Source: an uncultured Parvibacter sp.
Lineage (GTDB): Bacteria > Actinomycetota > Coriobacteriia > Coriobacteriales > Eggerthellaceae
Length of the DNA stretch: 64,000 bases
Direction: 5' to 3'
Assembly: GCA_910587945.1 (NCBI GenBank)
Contig: CAJUNI010000001.1
Coordinates: 10,283-74,282, forward strand
Below the pieces are notes generated by a model. It searched no databases and had not been told where the DNA came from. It was given only the letters and a program-made list of their open reading frames with translations. Both the position numbers and the translations under genes were made by a program. Numbering within the stretch: the stretch's first letter is position 1; the number at the start of each line of letters is the position of its first letter. Below are positions 38,401-50,400 of this stretch, one piece after another.

Positions 38401-41400
38401 AGTGACGGCAACATCCTTACCGACTTAACAGACGACATCCAAAAAGGGGGTACCTTCATTGGTGTTCCCAATAAGGGTGGCGCTCTCATTTATAACCTGG
38501 ACGATTTGCGCCAACCGGGCGATAGCGAAGAGCAGTTGGCTCAACGCATTGCTCAATTCTGGAATACTGCCGATCTCATTTATTTCTCGGATATTGATGA
38601 TTGGGGGTTAGAAGAAATCCCCTATCAAAATCTAGGTCTGAGTGGTCGTATCTCCTTTGTGGATGAGGGGCCTATTGATACGGGGCAAATCTCTACCTAT
38701 TTAGTAGCTGTTCCTTTCACTACCAACATTGCCTACAGCACGAGTGCGGGCGGCACAAAAACCTACGCCACCTTGCCGGCTCGAAACATCTCCACTATTT
38801 TCTTTGGTGGTCGTGGGCTGGATGGATTCCAGTGGTCCAAGGATGATCAGGCGAACAACGGTCAATTCATGCCCGTGAAAGCTACGATGAGTCACCAAAA
38901 GCAAGCTTTTGATGAAGAAACCCAGACCTGGAAAAATGTGGGTCTGGGCCGCATCGGCTATCTTTCTAAGTATCGTCTCAACAACTTCAAAACTCAAGGC
39001 AACGTCTATATCTCAGGTATCCAAGATGGCTTGGAATATGGTCCGCGCTTGACGGAAACTCTTCCCACCAATTGGGATTTGGACTCCATTGAATTCCACG
39101 TGGGCAAATCCGGTGCCGGCTATGCCGCCAATACTCATTTGGACGAGAATGCAACGGTGGCCACCGGGGCACAAGCCCTGGGCAATTGGTTTGATGCCGA
39201 TCATGGCCTACTGCAATTTGAAGTGAGCACCGTACCCTTAGATGATGGTTGGACGGTAGAGGGCGTTGATACTCAATGGGTGTCGCTGCCGTCGTCCATG
39301 ACCGCCCATTTTGAGGGCGATGCTAACGGCTATGGCATCTGGAAAATCGGCTCGACCAATGGCCAGAAGTCCATCGCCGATGTGTTGGAGTCTATGGGTT
39401 ATCAAGCCAAGAGCCGCACCAAGATGGTGGCAACGGATCGCCTGGGCTGGTTTACCGGCAACGTTCGTATCCTGTTCGCCCAAGGCTTTGATCCGGGTCT
39501 TACCCTTCCGGTAGAGGTGGTAGTTAACGGTACGATTCGCACGCCCCAAGGCGATGACGCCGGTGGCGCGTTCACCAACAATTCCACGCTCCTCTCCGGT
39601 ACGCCTCAATGGGTGCCTCCCATCAACTACTCCGACAATACCCAAGGTCATTGGGGTGCAGCCATTTCTGCGAGCAAAGCGCAGGCTTCCTTGGAGGCCG
39701 ATGGCCCGGTACAACCAGGCGTCCATGGTTTTGCTTACAGCTATGCGGAGTCCGAGGGTGGCACCATTACCTATGGCCCCGAAAGCGAAATCAAGGCAGC
39801 CCCGCTGGATCAAAATGGCGGCGGCTTCCTCTTCGCCCTGACCAACAGTTCTCGTTCTCGTATGGAACCGGGCACCTTTACCACGTCGGTATTCTCGGAT
39901 GCCTCGGATCCGGTGGCGAAGGGCACCCTCTATGACGAGTGCGAATGCTTCTATCACCGGGCAGGCTATGACGAGGTTACAAATATCACCTGGCCTAATG
40001 CTGGCTGGGAGCGCGAAGGCCACAAAGGCTTTGAGGCCAAGTCCATCATCTTGTCCTCCAACTTCTTGTCTCAAGTTGATGTAACGAGCTTCACCATTCA
40101 TCCGGTTCATGAGGATCCCGAAGAGGGAGGCACCGGCCCCGTTGTGCTTTCTCGCGCAGAGCTCGAATCCTACAAAGTGACGGCAGGGAGCGCTCTGGGC
40201 AACGCTCATCCCGAATTGGTAGGTCTTATCTACATCCCCAATACGGTATGGAACTTGCCTGGTTGGAGTGCCACGCCCTTAGAGAATGTAAGCTTCACCT
40301 TTGATTCCATCGAAGGATCTATTGGTTACGACGCCACCAACCCCGGTGGGGTATCCAATGCGAACAAGAACGTCTTTATTGCGTTCCATGGTATCGCCCA
40401 TCGATTGGGTGAGCAGGACAAGCCGGAAAGCTATCTTCCCATGGGAGCCACGCTGGCTACCAACTACAACGATAGCCGCTATGAGGAAGTGAAGGCCTCG
40501 GACGACGCAATTCTCTTTGGTTCGCTAGCTAACCCCACGCTCTATGCGTTTGGTTTGAGCAACAGCCTGAGCAATACGGGCTATGTGGATATGACCCAAG
40601 GCAATACGGCGCTTCAAAGTGTGTATCTGGGACGCAATCATGCAGGCTTTAGCTTCTATCTCGAAAACGATACGGTCGCTCCCATCTGGGGTGGTACCTT
40701 CACCACTTCTCCGATGAAGTATCAAATTGTGGACGACCCGGTGGTAGGCAAATATCTTGCGGGCTATGACGCCTCCCATATCACGCTGTCGAAGTACCTG
40801 TTGGATGTTATGAGCTTGGACGATCCCAACGCTCCCTTCCTTACTATCAAAGCGTTGGCTTATAACCCCACGACTGACACCGAGACCATCAACACCTATA
40901 CGTTCACACGCAACCAGCTCAATGCCTATGTGGGAAAGAGCGCTCACACCTATAAGTACAATGCCCAGCGTCGCTACAATACTGGCTATGTGACGCGAAC
41001 GGGCTATAACACCACCGAAAATGTGGTTATCCCGAAGAGCGCCTGGGGCAACAATTACTTCCTCAGTCTTGAATTGAACTACGACTACTTCAAGAAAGAG
41101 ATCAAGTTCAGCTCCAACTACGACGGCTACTCCTGGGATACCGGCCGCTACTACTCTATTTACGAAGACACCATCGTTAATCGTCGACCCACCGTGGCAA
41201 TCTATGGTGCCGCTACGATGCCGGGCACCTACTCGGTACAAGGTACGTTTAATGCTGCCAAGCATCCGATCTTCCAGCCGCTCAATGCGGAGGCTAAGGC
41301 AACGGCCAACATCACCACCAACGCTGCAGATCCTACTGTAGTGGCTCGGGGTTTCGAAAAGTACAACATCAATGACACCACCGCCTGGGGTGACTTTGAA

Positions 41401-44400
41401 CAGCGTAAAGTGATCGACTTCCTCGATAGTCGCTCGGGCTATTCCTTCTTCTTGGGTAATAACAGCTCATCGGTTATTACTCGCGGCAAGATTGTGATCG
41501 AGCAAACGGCACCCACGAGCAATCCGCTCTTCCAGGGACGCCTTGAAGGGGACGGCACTACCACCAAACTCTATGGGTGGGAAGCTGAATCTATTGTGCT
41601 GAATCAGAAGTTGCGCCAATCCGCCTCTATTCGCCGGGTGGTTATTACCACCATCGAAGATACGGATAATCCAGTTGCGCCTACGACGCCGGCCACCACC
41701 GTGGTAACTCGCGCCCAATTAGATGCGAGCTATCAAAACGGGGGTGCCTACGTTATTCCTTCCAGTGTGTGGGGTAATCATCACCTGCTACGCATTGAAA
41801 TTGACGTTACTAACTTTGGTGCCTCCATTGATTCCGATCCTACCTATGAGGTGAAGCAGGGCAATAAGTGGGTCACCACCTCAGACAAGCCTCATCGCGA
41901 ATCCATTCCGCGGGTTATCTTGCAAGGAACGCCCACTCGCTGGGGAGACCTCGATCTGAAGTGCACGTTTAAGACCTACAACGATTGCTATACCTCAGGG
42001 GATACCAGCAATCGATCGGCTGCGGACAACGCTATTTTGGCGCCGCGGAACCCGGACTATCGCATTTTGGCCTATGCCTTCCGCGACCACAACCCGCGGC
42101 AATATAGCGAAAACGAGCGCGATACCCGCAATGATGTATTTACCAACAATAATGTGGGTGCCCATAAGCAACTCGCTGACATGGAGATCGAGAATTCGGG
42201 CTATGTCTATCATCTGATGTCCGTGAATCGGTCGAAGTCCTTGATGGGTTCGTTTACCACGGGCAACACCGACCGCATGATGGATTCCCAGCTGCAAGAC
42301 TACCGCGGATTCCATAGCTCCAAGGTAGTGCTTTCTGCCTCCTTGTTGGCGGCTATGACTAACCCCTCAGTCACCCTTACGTTCTATGATCGCGATCCCA
42401 TTACCCTCACCCGGGGAGACGCAGATCCCACCCTGGATCTCAACCAATTCCTCGTGCGGGCCAATGGTACCAACACCTATGATCCCACCGTTAATCACGG
42501 AACTGACTTAGCGGGGGCCATGGCGATCCCGAGCGCCTATTGGGCACCGGGGTATCTTAAAAACGTTACGGTGAACTTTGATAGTTTCACCGGGTCGGTT
42601 CTCTTTGCGGGCACCACTTCGGGAAGCACCCGGGCTACCAACTTTATCCCGCCGGCCAACAAGGGCGCTGGCGCCTATGTAGCCATTTATGGCATGGCCG
42701 ATAATCCCAACTATGATTTGTGGTTGCCCGGTACCTTCCGTACCACGTTCTATCGCAGTGGCAATGATGTGTCCTGCAATGACAATGCGGCCCTGGTGGT
42801 AGTCAAGCCTACCCCGCGCATTTTCACTCGCGCTTTCGACAATCGCTCCACGTTGCAATTTGATGATTTGGAGGATCCTCGTTCCCAAGCAGCCCCGCTC
42901 TTTAAAGAGCGCTCGGGCTTTATCTTCCAGCTGGGCAATGCCAGTACCTCAAATTTGGCACCGGCGAAATTCACCATGACCGACCTGCCCGCTGAGCAGT
43001 ACGAATCCAAGCTTCGCGGCTTTGAAACGACCCATGTATGGGTCAGCGGAAGCCTGATCAATAACACCGATATTGCCTCGGTGACGTTGAAGGTGCGTGA
43101 TTACGCGGACAATGTGGAAACCATCACGTTAGATACCACCAACACCGATCCTGCGCTGAACCTAGCTACCTATGCGAAAAATGGTGGCTTTGATATTACG
43201 CCTGGGGCCTGGGCTGACAGCGACGGCAACGCCCGGTACCTGTTGAACGTTTCAGTAAGCTTTAATCAGATGAAACGCAATACGGCGCCGGCGCGTAATC
43301 CTTCCTCTTCTACCATGGCGAACCAAGCCATGGTGGCGCTCTATGGCAAGCCCACCCGCGTCGGCAATATTACCGTCACGGGTACGTTGAGTTCTTCCTA
43401 TGGAGCAACCTTAGCACCGGATGTTTCGGACTCCGATACTTCCACTCTTGAGGTAGTTACCGCCGAACCGGTACTGACCATTGATCGCGGGTGGACCCTT
43501 AATGGAAGCCCTGCCAATGGTGCCCCCACGAGCTCACCCTATGTTGATAGTCCGAGCGGGAAAGACACGAACCTCTATCAGCATTATTACTACAATTCGA
43601 TTCCCTATCGGTGGGGCGAAGATGAGGCTCATGAAAAGGCCTGGACGGTGTATCACCTCTATAACGCCACCGAGTCTGCTGTGGACAGCATGGACCTCAA
43701 TCTCATCTTGGATCAGACAACGGTTGATGCCAACGGTAAGAAGACGGGCTTTGTGCCCACCGACTTGGTGATCTCGGGCTTTAGAACGGACTCCTCGGGT
43801 CAGTGGTGGCTCAAGAACTCGAGCATCATCGAGGGCATTGACTTGTTCTACAGCGACCATACGCCGGTCACCAGCGCGTCGACCACCAATATGGTGAACT
43901 ATGCGGCCGACGATGCCAGTGGCGCGCGCGTTTCCATCCCCATGGCAACCCTGGCCAACTATATTTCGGGTGGCACGCTGACGCTGCCCATTGACGATAC
44001 TACCTTTACGAATACCTCGAAGGTGGTTAAGTCCGTGCGTATTCGCTTTAAAACGATGGGCGAACAGCTGACGGGCTCGAACCGGTTGGACTTCTACATC
44101 TACGGCAAGATGGAGCACCATGGCGCAGCTGCCTTTAGCGACGAAGCGCCCAATGGGTCCTGGCATAACAGCGCCTACTATGAAGCTAACCAGACGCGCT
44201 ACATTACCACCCGGGCAGCACTCTATCCGCGTACCGGTGACTACGGCTACGGCATTTCGCGCAACGCGAACCGCGATATCCCGATTCAGGCATTCCAGTA
44301 TGGTGCCTATGCCGAAGCCTTCCGTGGGGCTTCAAGCCCGGTTACCTCATCTCCTAACCCGGGTGAAATCGTAGAGGTGGCTCACGCCGATAAGGAAACG

Positions 44401-47400
44401 GGTTATACCTTCCAGTTCTGGAATAAAACCCAGGCCCGCTCCGACAAAAACAGCATTCTCTATGACCTGCGCAGTGTAGGGGATAAATCTGGCGGTCACG
44501 GAGCGAAGAGCGTTCATGGTCTTCTGACCAAGCGTGTAGAAATTGATGCCACCATGCTGACGGTAGGACGCCTGCCGGGATCCACTTCCTCGTCCCTGCA
44601 GTCCATCAAGTTCTCATTCATAGGAAACAACGGTGATCAGGTAATCACGATTACGCCAGATCAGTTGGCTACCTACTTGAGCGGCAACAAGTATATCTTC
44701 CGACTCGATAGCCAAGCCGCGTTTGCTTCAGCCACGGATAAATATCTCCGCAGTGTGGAGTTGGTTTATGGTGATATTGCTCCGAAGTATGTCTGCGGCA
44801 CCGTTACTGCCAAGTTCTTTGGTGATGTGGACTGGTACACCCAGGTCTACGAAAACGGACAGGATTCCTTGCTGGAAGGCTATGTGGGCGCGCGGCAAAC
44901 GGGGATGCCCGCATCGATTGCGCCACGCAATGCTTCCGATAGCGCGTTCTTGACCGTCAAGAAGCCCTATTTGGGCATTGAGACTCATGGTCGCTATAAG
45001 GATATAACGGAAAGTTACATCCAAAATATCAATAATTGCGATGGCAATCGGACGTACTTAACGGTGCCCTATGATCGGGACCATCAACTCTGGGTGAAGG
45101 TCTATAACCTGGACAACTTCTCCAAACTTGAGAAGTCCGATGTCAATATCAAGCTCTATCTTGAGCGCGAAAATGTGCCGCTAGAGTCTTCGCCCTCGAT
45201 GCCTAACTGGCTCTGGACGGGCTTCCATGCTACCCAGATGACGGTGAACCGCGACCTCATGGATCGCTTTGGAACGGTTGGTGAAATTTGGCTCTATAGC
45301 GTGGAAGACAATGCCACGGCTAAGCCCAATACGCCCACTGTGAAGTTAGAGCCGGTCATGAATGCCAGTGGCCGTCCAACCGGATTCAAAGACAAAGCCA
45401 CGGGTCAGGTCTATGCCCTCAATGGGTCGGGCAATTTGGTGTTGACCGAAGCGCAACTCCAGGCCATGGGTATCAAGAATCTGTACCAGGTGGATCTCCA
45501 AGACTGGTTGAACATGCGCACCCAAGTGGCCTCTGACAATGTGAATGCCCAGACGGTCATTTTCGATGGGTTTACTGATGCCAACTTTGGTAAAGACTTT
45601 ATTGCCATTTCGGCTGATGCCAAGATGTACATGGGCGGCATTGATTACAACCCCGACTGTGTTTTGACGAAACATGATGACACAGCCGAACTGGTTTCAA
45701 AGATGCTCTTCGACACCACCACGGTGGCGGCCTTTACCGACAATCAAATGACCCGGCGTTTCGATCGCTGGGCAACCAGTAAAGAGGAAGGCCACGACTA
45801 TCCGCGTCACGGAAGCATCAGCAATGGAAACACGACCGGTGAAGACCATGACCACGAATTACAAATAGGCTATAAAGCCCAAGGATCATTCCTGGTCGAT
45901 TTCCGCCAAGGTCTCCTGGCCGCGGCAGAAAAGACTTCGAAGTACGAATTCGAAGACTATCCGTACTACCTTTATAGCGTTAAGAGTTTTGGGAACAAGC
46001 CGTTCAATACAGCGGCTGACCTTACCATGACCCAGACCATTCCCGCTGCTCACTTTGATGCCTACTACATCAAGATTCACCCCAATGCCATTAGCTACAT
46101 GCAATCCATCGACATTACCTATGGGGATGGCTCGATAGCTACCATTGATCTTTCTAGCTATGGGGCCAATTCCGGTAACGGCAATTCCTGGGCCAACGGC
46201 AAACGCTTCTTGCGTATCGACCTGCTCTACAAAGAAAACGGTGTTCATAAGCCCTTCCTGCGCACGCAAAATGGCTCGGCCACCGATACGGACGACTATG
46301 CCTATCGCGCGGCCTTTGATGACACGGTTCCTCAGGCTGATCGCGTTAAAGAAGTGACCTACCACCTGCGTATCAACCAAACCGCCGCTTCTGGCAATAC
46401 CGCCTTAGGTCCTGACTTTGGCAGCTGGTATGACTGGAAGTCGCTTGAGGCTACGCCCTTGGAAGTGACGGGCCGTTATGTGCCGGCCAAGGATGTGACT
46501 GATACCGGTGGGTTCTGGGCTGGCAATGGCACCTCCCAGGTGCGTACCTCAGTACGGGTTGGTGGCTCCTATTCGAGCAACAATCACCTGCGCAAGGCGG
46601 CCACCCGCTATGACCGCTGGAACGACCACAGCGCTGCCGACGGATTCCGCTCAAAATTCTCCTGGCAGGACTACTACGCCTTCACCGACTATTCGGAAGA
46701 CTTAGTTGGCAAGATGCGTCACTTGGTAACCAATGTGGATTATCGCGTCTATGAGACTGGCAACTATGTGCGTGTGGCTGCCCTCAACAACTTCACAAGT
46801 GGGAGCAAGAAGCTCACCACCGCTACCCTTGATACCTACGAGGAATATCAAGGATTAGCCAGCTGGGAAAAGGGCACCGGCATCCGTGGTAACTGGGAAA
46901 AGGCGCCCTTTGGTAAAGACACCCAATACAAGGTGAGTTATTTCCGGTGGCAAGAAGCCATGAAATATCCCGTGGATTATGTTTGGGGTACCAGTAGCTG
47001 GCCGAATCAAAACGGCATGGGTGTCTATATCCGAAGCACGTGGAAGAATAATGACTACGTCGATAAAGGTCATATCTTTGACTTCATGAACACCGGCTGG
47101 CGCTTAGTTTCCTTTGCTGATGAGGTTCATGTGCGGGAAGATTTGCCGGTCATTCGCCCCGATGAAAATGGTGTCTACTATGGCTTCCTTACCACGGGTA
47201 TGACGCTGCCCTATGGCGACGGTGATTACTATGAAGGTCTTCCGAACCCCGATGATACCGGCTATGACGACGACGATGATCCGTCGGGTGGCGATGATGA
47301 CGGCCCACAGACGGATCCGGATGACCCCAACGAGGAAGACCCGGAGGATGAAGTTAAGGACGATAAGCAAGAGCGCAAGTCCATGCTTCGCTACGTAGAT

Positions 47401-50400
47401 CACATCGATTTCTATATCCGCGAGTTTAGGGTTGATCCTGTTACCGGCGAGCCGCTGAAAAACGCTGCGGGGGAATATGAGTACAAGACGGCGCTTGGCA
47501 CCTACGTTTCTGCCAGCACGCCAGGCTATACCCGCGTTCATCGCTTGAGCCAAGGCACCGGTGGCCCTGCGGCTAATGAAATTGACTTTGTGGGGGCCTG
47601 GAATGCGAAGAAGGACGTTCACGTTCGCTTTGACCATGCCGGTCAAGACAATGCGAGTCAAATCAGTTATGTGAACGCCTCTACTCCTTACTCTTACATC
47701 TTCACTGACCTGAAGACCTACGACTTTGTCACGAGCTATGACGTCGTGCTGACCGACGTTCATGGCTCGGCGGACTATACCGATGAGACCGGCTATGCCA
47801 CGAATTCCCATGGTGACCCCTACGAGAAGTACAGCAGTTGGAACCGTCAGGACCATGACATGTTGGTCTATGGTCGTCCCTACACCTGGAAGCCTATCAA
47901 TACCTCCAAAGAGCCCTACAAATCTGACTGGGCGCGGATGAAGAAAGACTCCATCAATACGGTATGGACCTCCACCTATCGCGACTACAGCAAGCTGGCG
48001 GATCAGGGTGGCCACCAATACGTTAATAAGGTCAAGGACACCGGGCCCTCCTATGGCATTGGTGACAATGACCACTACAAAGACCGTGCCTACATTGTGT
48101 CCTTCGGTATTCCCATTCAGGCCAATGTCTGGCTCGATGCGCAGAATAGCGCCGGCAACAATGCCGATGGCACCACGCTCTATGACTATAAAGACAACAA
48201 CGTCAAGAACGTGACGCCCAACATTGGTACCTATGAAGCCCGTATGCAAAACCTCAAAGACAAGGGCGGCGAAGATGCCACCGGTCGTGCCACTCATATT
48301 TCCTATGCACAGCTGACGGCCAACCTGTCTTCTTACTTGCGTTTGCAGAAGGTCTATATTCCCAAGGGCTTCATCGACAACATCAAGAAGAACGCCGATG
48401 GCACAGCGGAAAATGGCGGTTGGTTCGAGTTGCAATCGTTCAAGTTCACGGTGCAGGTAGACGGTGGCACTCAGACCGTTACGGCTTCCTGGCAAGACTT
48501 GGTGGATTGGGGCTTAACCAGTGGACCCAATAGCAGCACGAAGTATCCTGACTGCTATGTCATTGATGTTGAGAAATATCTGCGCCAGAAGTTTGATGAT
48601 GGCAGCTGGACGTTAGCTACCTATAAAGCCTGCGACACCACCAATACCATCGAGGGCTATCGTGGCAATCCGGAAGTGAACCGTACCTATTCGCGGCCTC
48701 GGGTAGTATCCATGGAGCTGACCTATAATTCGCCGAACGCCCTGCAGCGTCGTGAGCTTCGTATGCTGGACTCCGAAGAGTGGCTCACCGACACTAAGGC
48801 CAAAGCTGGGGTGAAGAATTCTCGCGATGCCGATTCCTATGCCTTCGCCTTTGCCTATGATGGCGTCTTTGTAGACCGCACTCCCGATAGCTATACTTCG
48901 GCCACGGCCACCGGCAATGATCCGGCCACGGGCAATTGGGATGATTACTCAACCCCGACCTTTGGTAAGCAAGGCACGGGCTTCCCGGATGTCTACTCCA
49001 ACGACACCGTCGTAGTAACGGACCTGAAATCCAAAGACCCCCATGCCGACATGTCCGTTTTGCCGAACGTTATTGACGACGATGGTGGCTATAACCTGCG
49101 TCACCTTTTGGGTATCTTGGATAGTTCCATGACCCGTGGCGCAACCCTGCCGGTTCGCAGCGCCTCAGGGTCTATCACGGGCTATCGCCATGTGTTTGCT
49201 TATGACAAAGCGGCTACCGATGTGGAGTCGCCGGTATCCTACGATCCCGATTCCGAAACTATGTGGACCAACATTCCTGATGGTGGCCTCTACGTGGGCG
49301 ACTATGTGGAATACGACCTCTATATTGGTGCCGATGCGGCATCAGTGCTGCCCATGGAATCACTCTCCGCTCGCTTTGAGGTGGAGAAGGGCCAGCGCAT
49401 TATTGGCTGGGAAGTGAAGAAACAACAAGATGGAACTGGCGCGTGGGTTGACGCGAACAGTGCAAACCTGCCGGTGACGGCAACCCTTGGAAACGCCAGC
49501 GGCACGAACACCCAGGAATGTCTGCCCCAGGTGGACTACAGTGTGACCACGACGGTGACCTATCCTGACCCGGAGCCTGACCCAGATCCAGATCCCGACC
49601 CGGATCCTGATCCCGATCCCGACCCAGACCCAGACCCTGATCCGGACCCCGATCCGGACCCCGATCCGGAGCCGAATCCTGATCCCGAGAACCCCGAGCC
49701 CGAAACTCCGGAAACCCCGGACACCCCGGAGGTTCCCGAAGAGACTGCTTCGGTCCAGACTGAACAGCTCACTCAAAACGAGATGGCTACTCAGGCACTC
49801 GTTCAGTCTGTTGCGGCCGCCATGCCCCTGGTGGATCCCATCATCACCACCACGGAGAACTACGACAACAACCGCGTTCTGGAATTCCAGGTGGGCCGCA
49901 CCCTCTATGAGCTCAACGAAAATGGAGAGTATGTGCTCACGCCGGAAGCTGACCGTGTGGTACAGCCGGGCAAGGGTGTTCATATTCGCGTTATTACCCA
50001 GCTGACGGACGAGGTTTCTAACAGCACCTATGACCAGGTGAAAGAAAATACCGCCTGGAATGATGATCGTCCGACCCATTACATGAACTATCACCCGCGG
50101 GCGTACTTCTATGGCACTTCGGCGCCGAAGCACGGCTTTACCCAATATCGTGCTAAGGGCAGCAGCGCACAAAATTACAGCACTCCCTTCACCTATAGCA
50201 ATGACGAAGGGTTGGGTACGAGCGACATTGCCCATGAGCATAGCTATAACTATGTGGTGGGTGGCATCAAGCAATACGGCGTCCGTCTGCGCTCGGATTT
50301 AACCTACTACAATCATCGCAGCGACCACACGCGCACCCATATTGAGACGGGTTCGGATGGCTTCTCCTACGTAGTGAACGACGACCACGCGAAAGACCCC

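Noticed and set aside
49560-49772. Minus-strand ORF encoding (Gly-Ser)n.
   Set aside because: It is the reverse complement of the sense-strand Pro-Asp repeat, so it is a mirror artefact.
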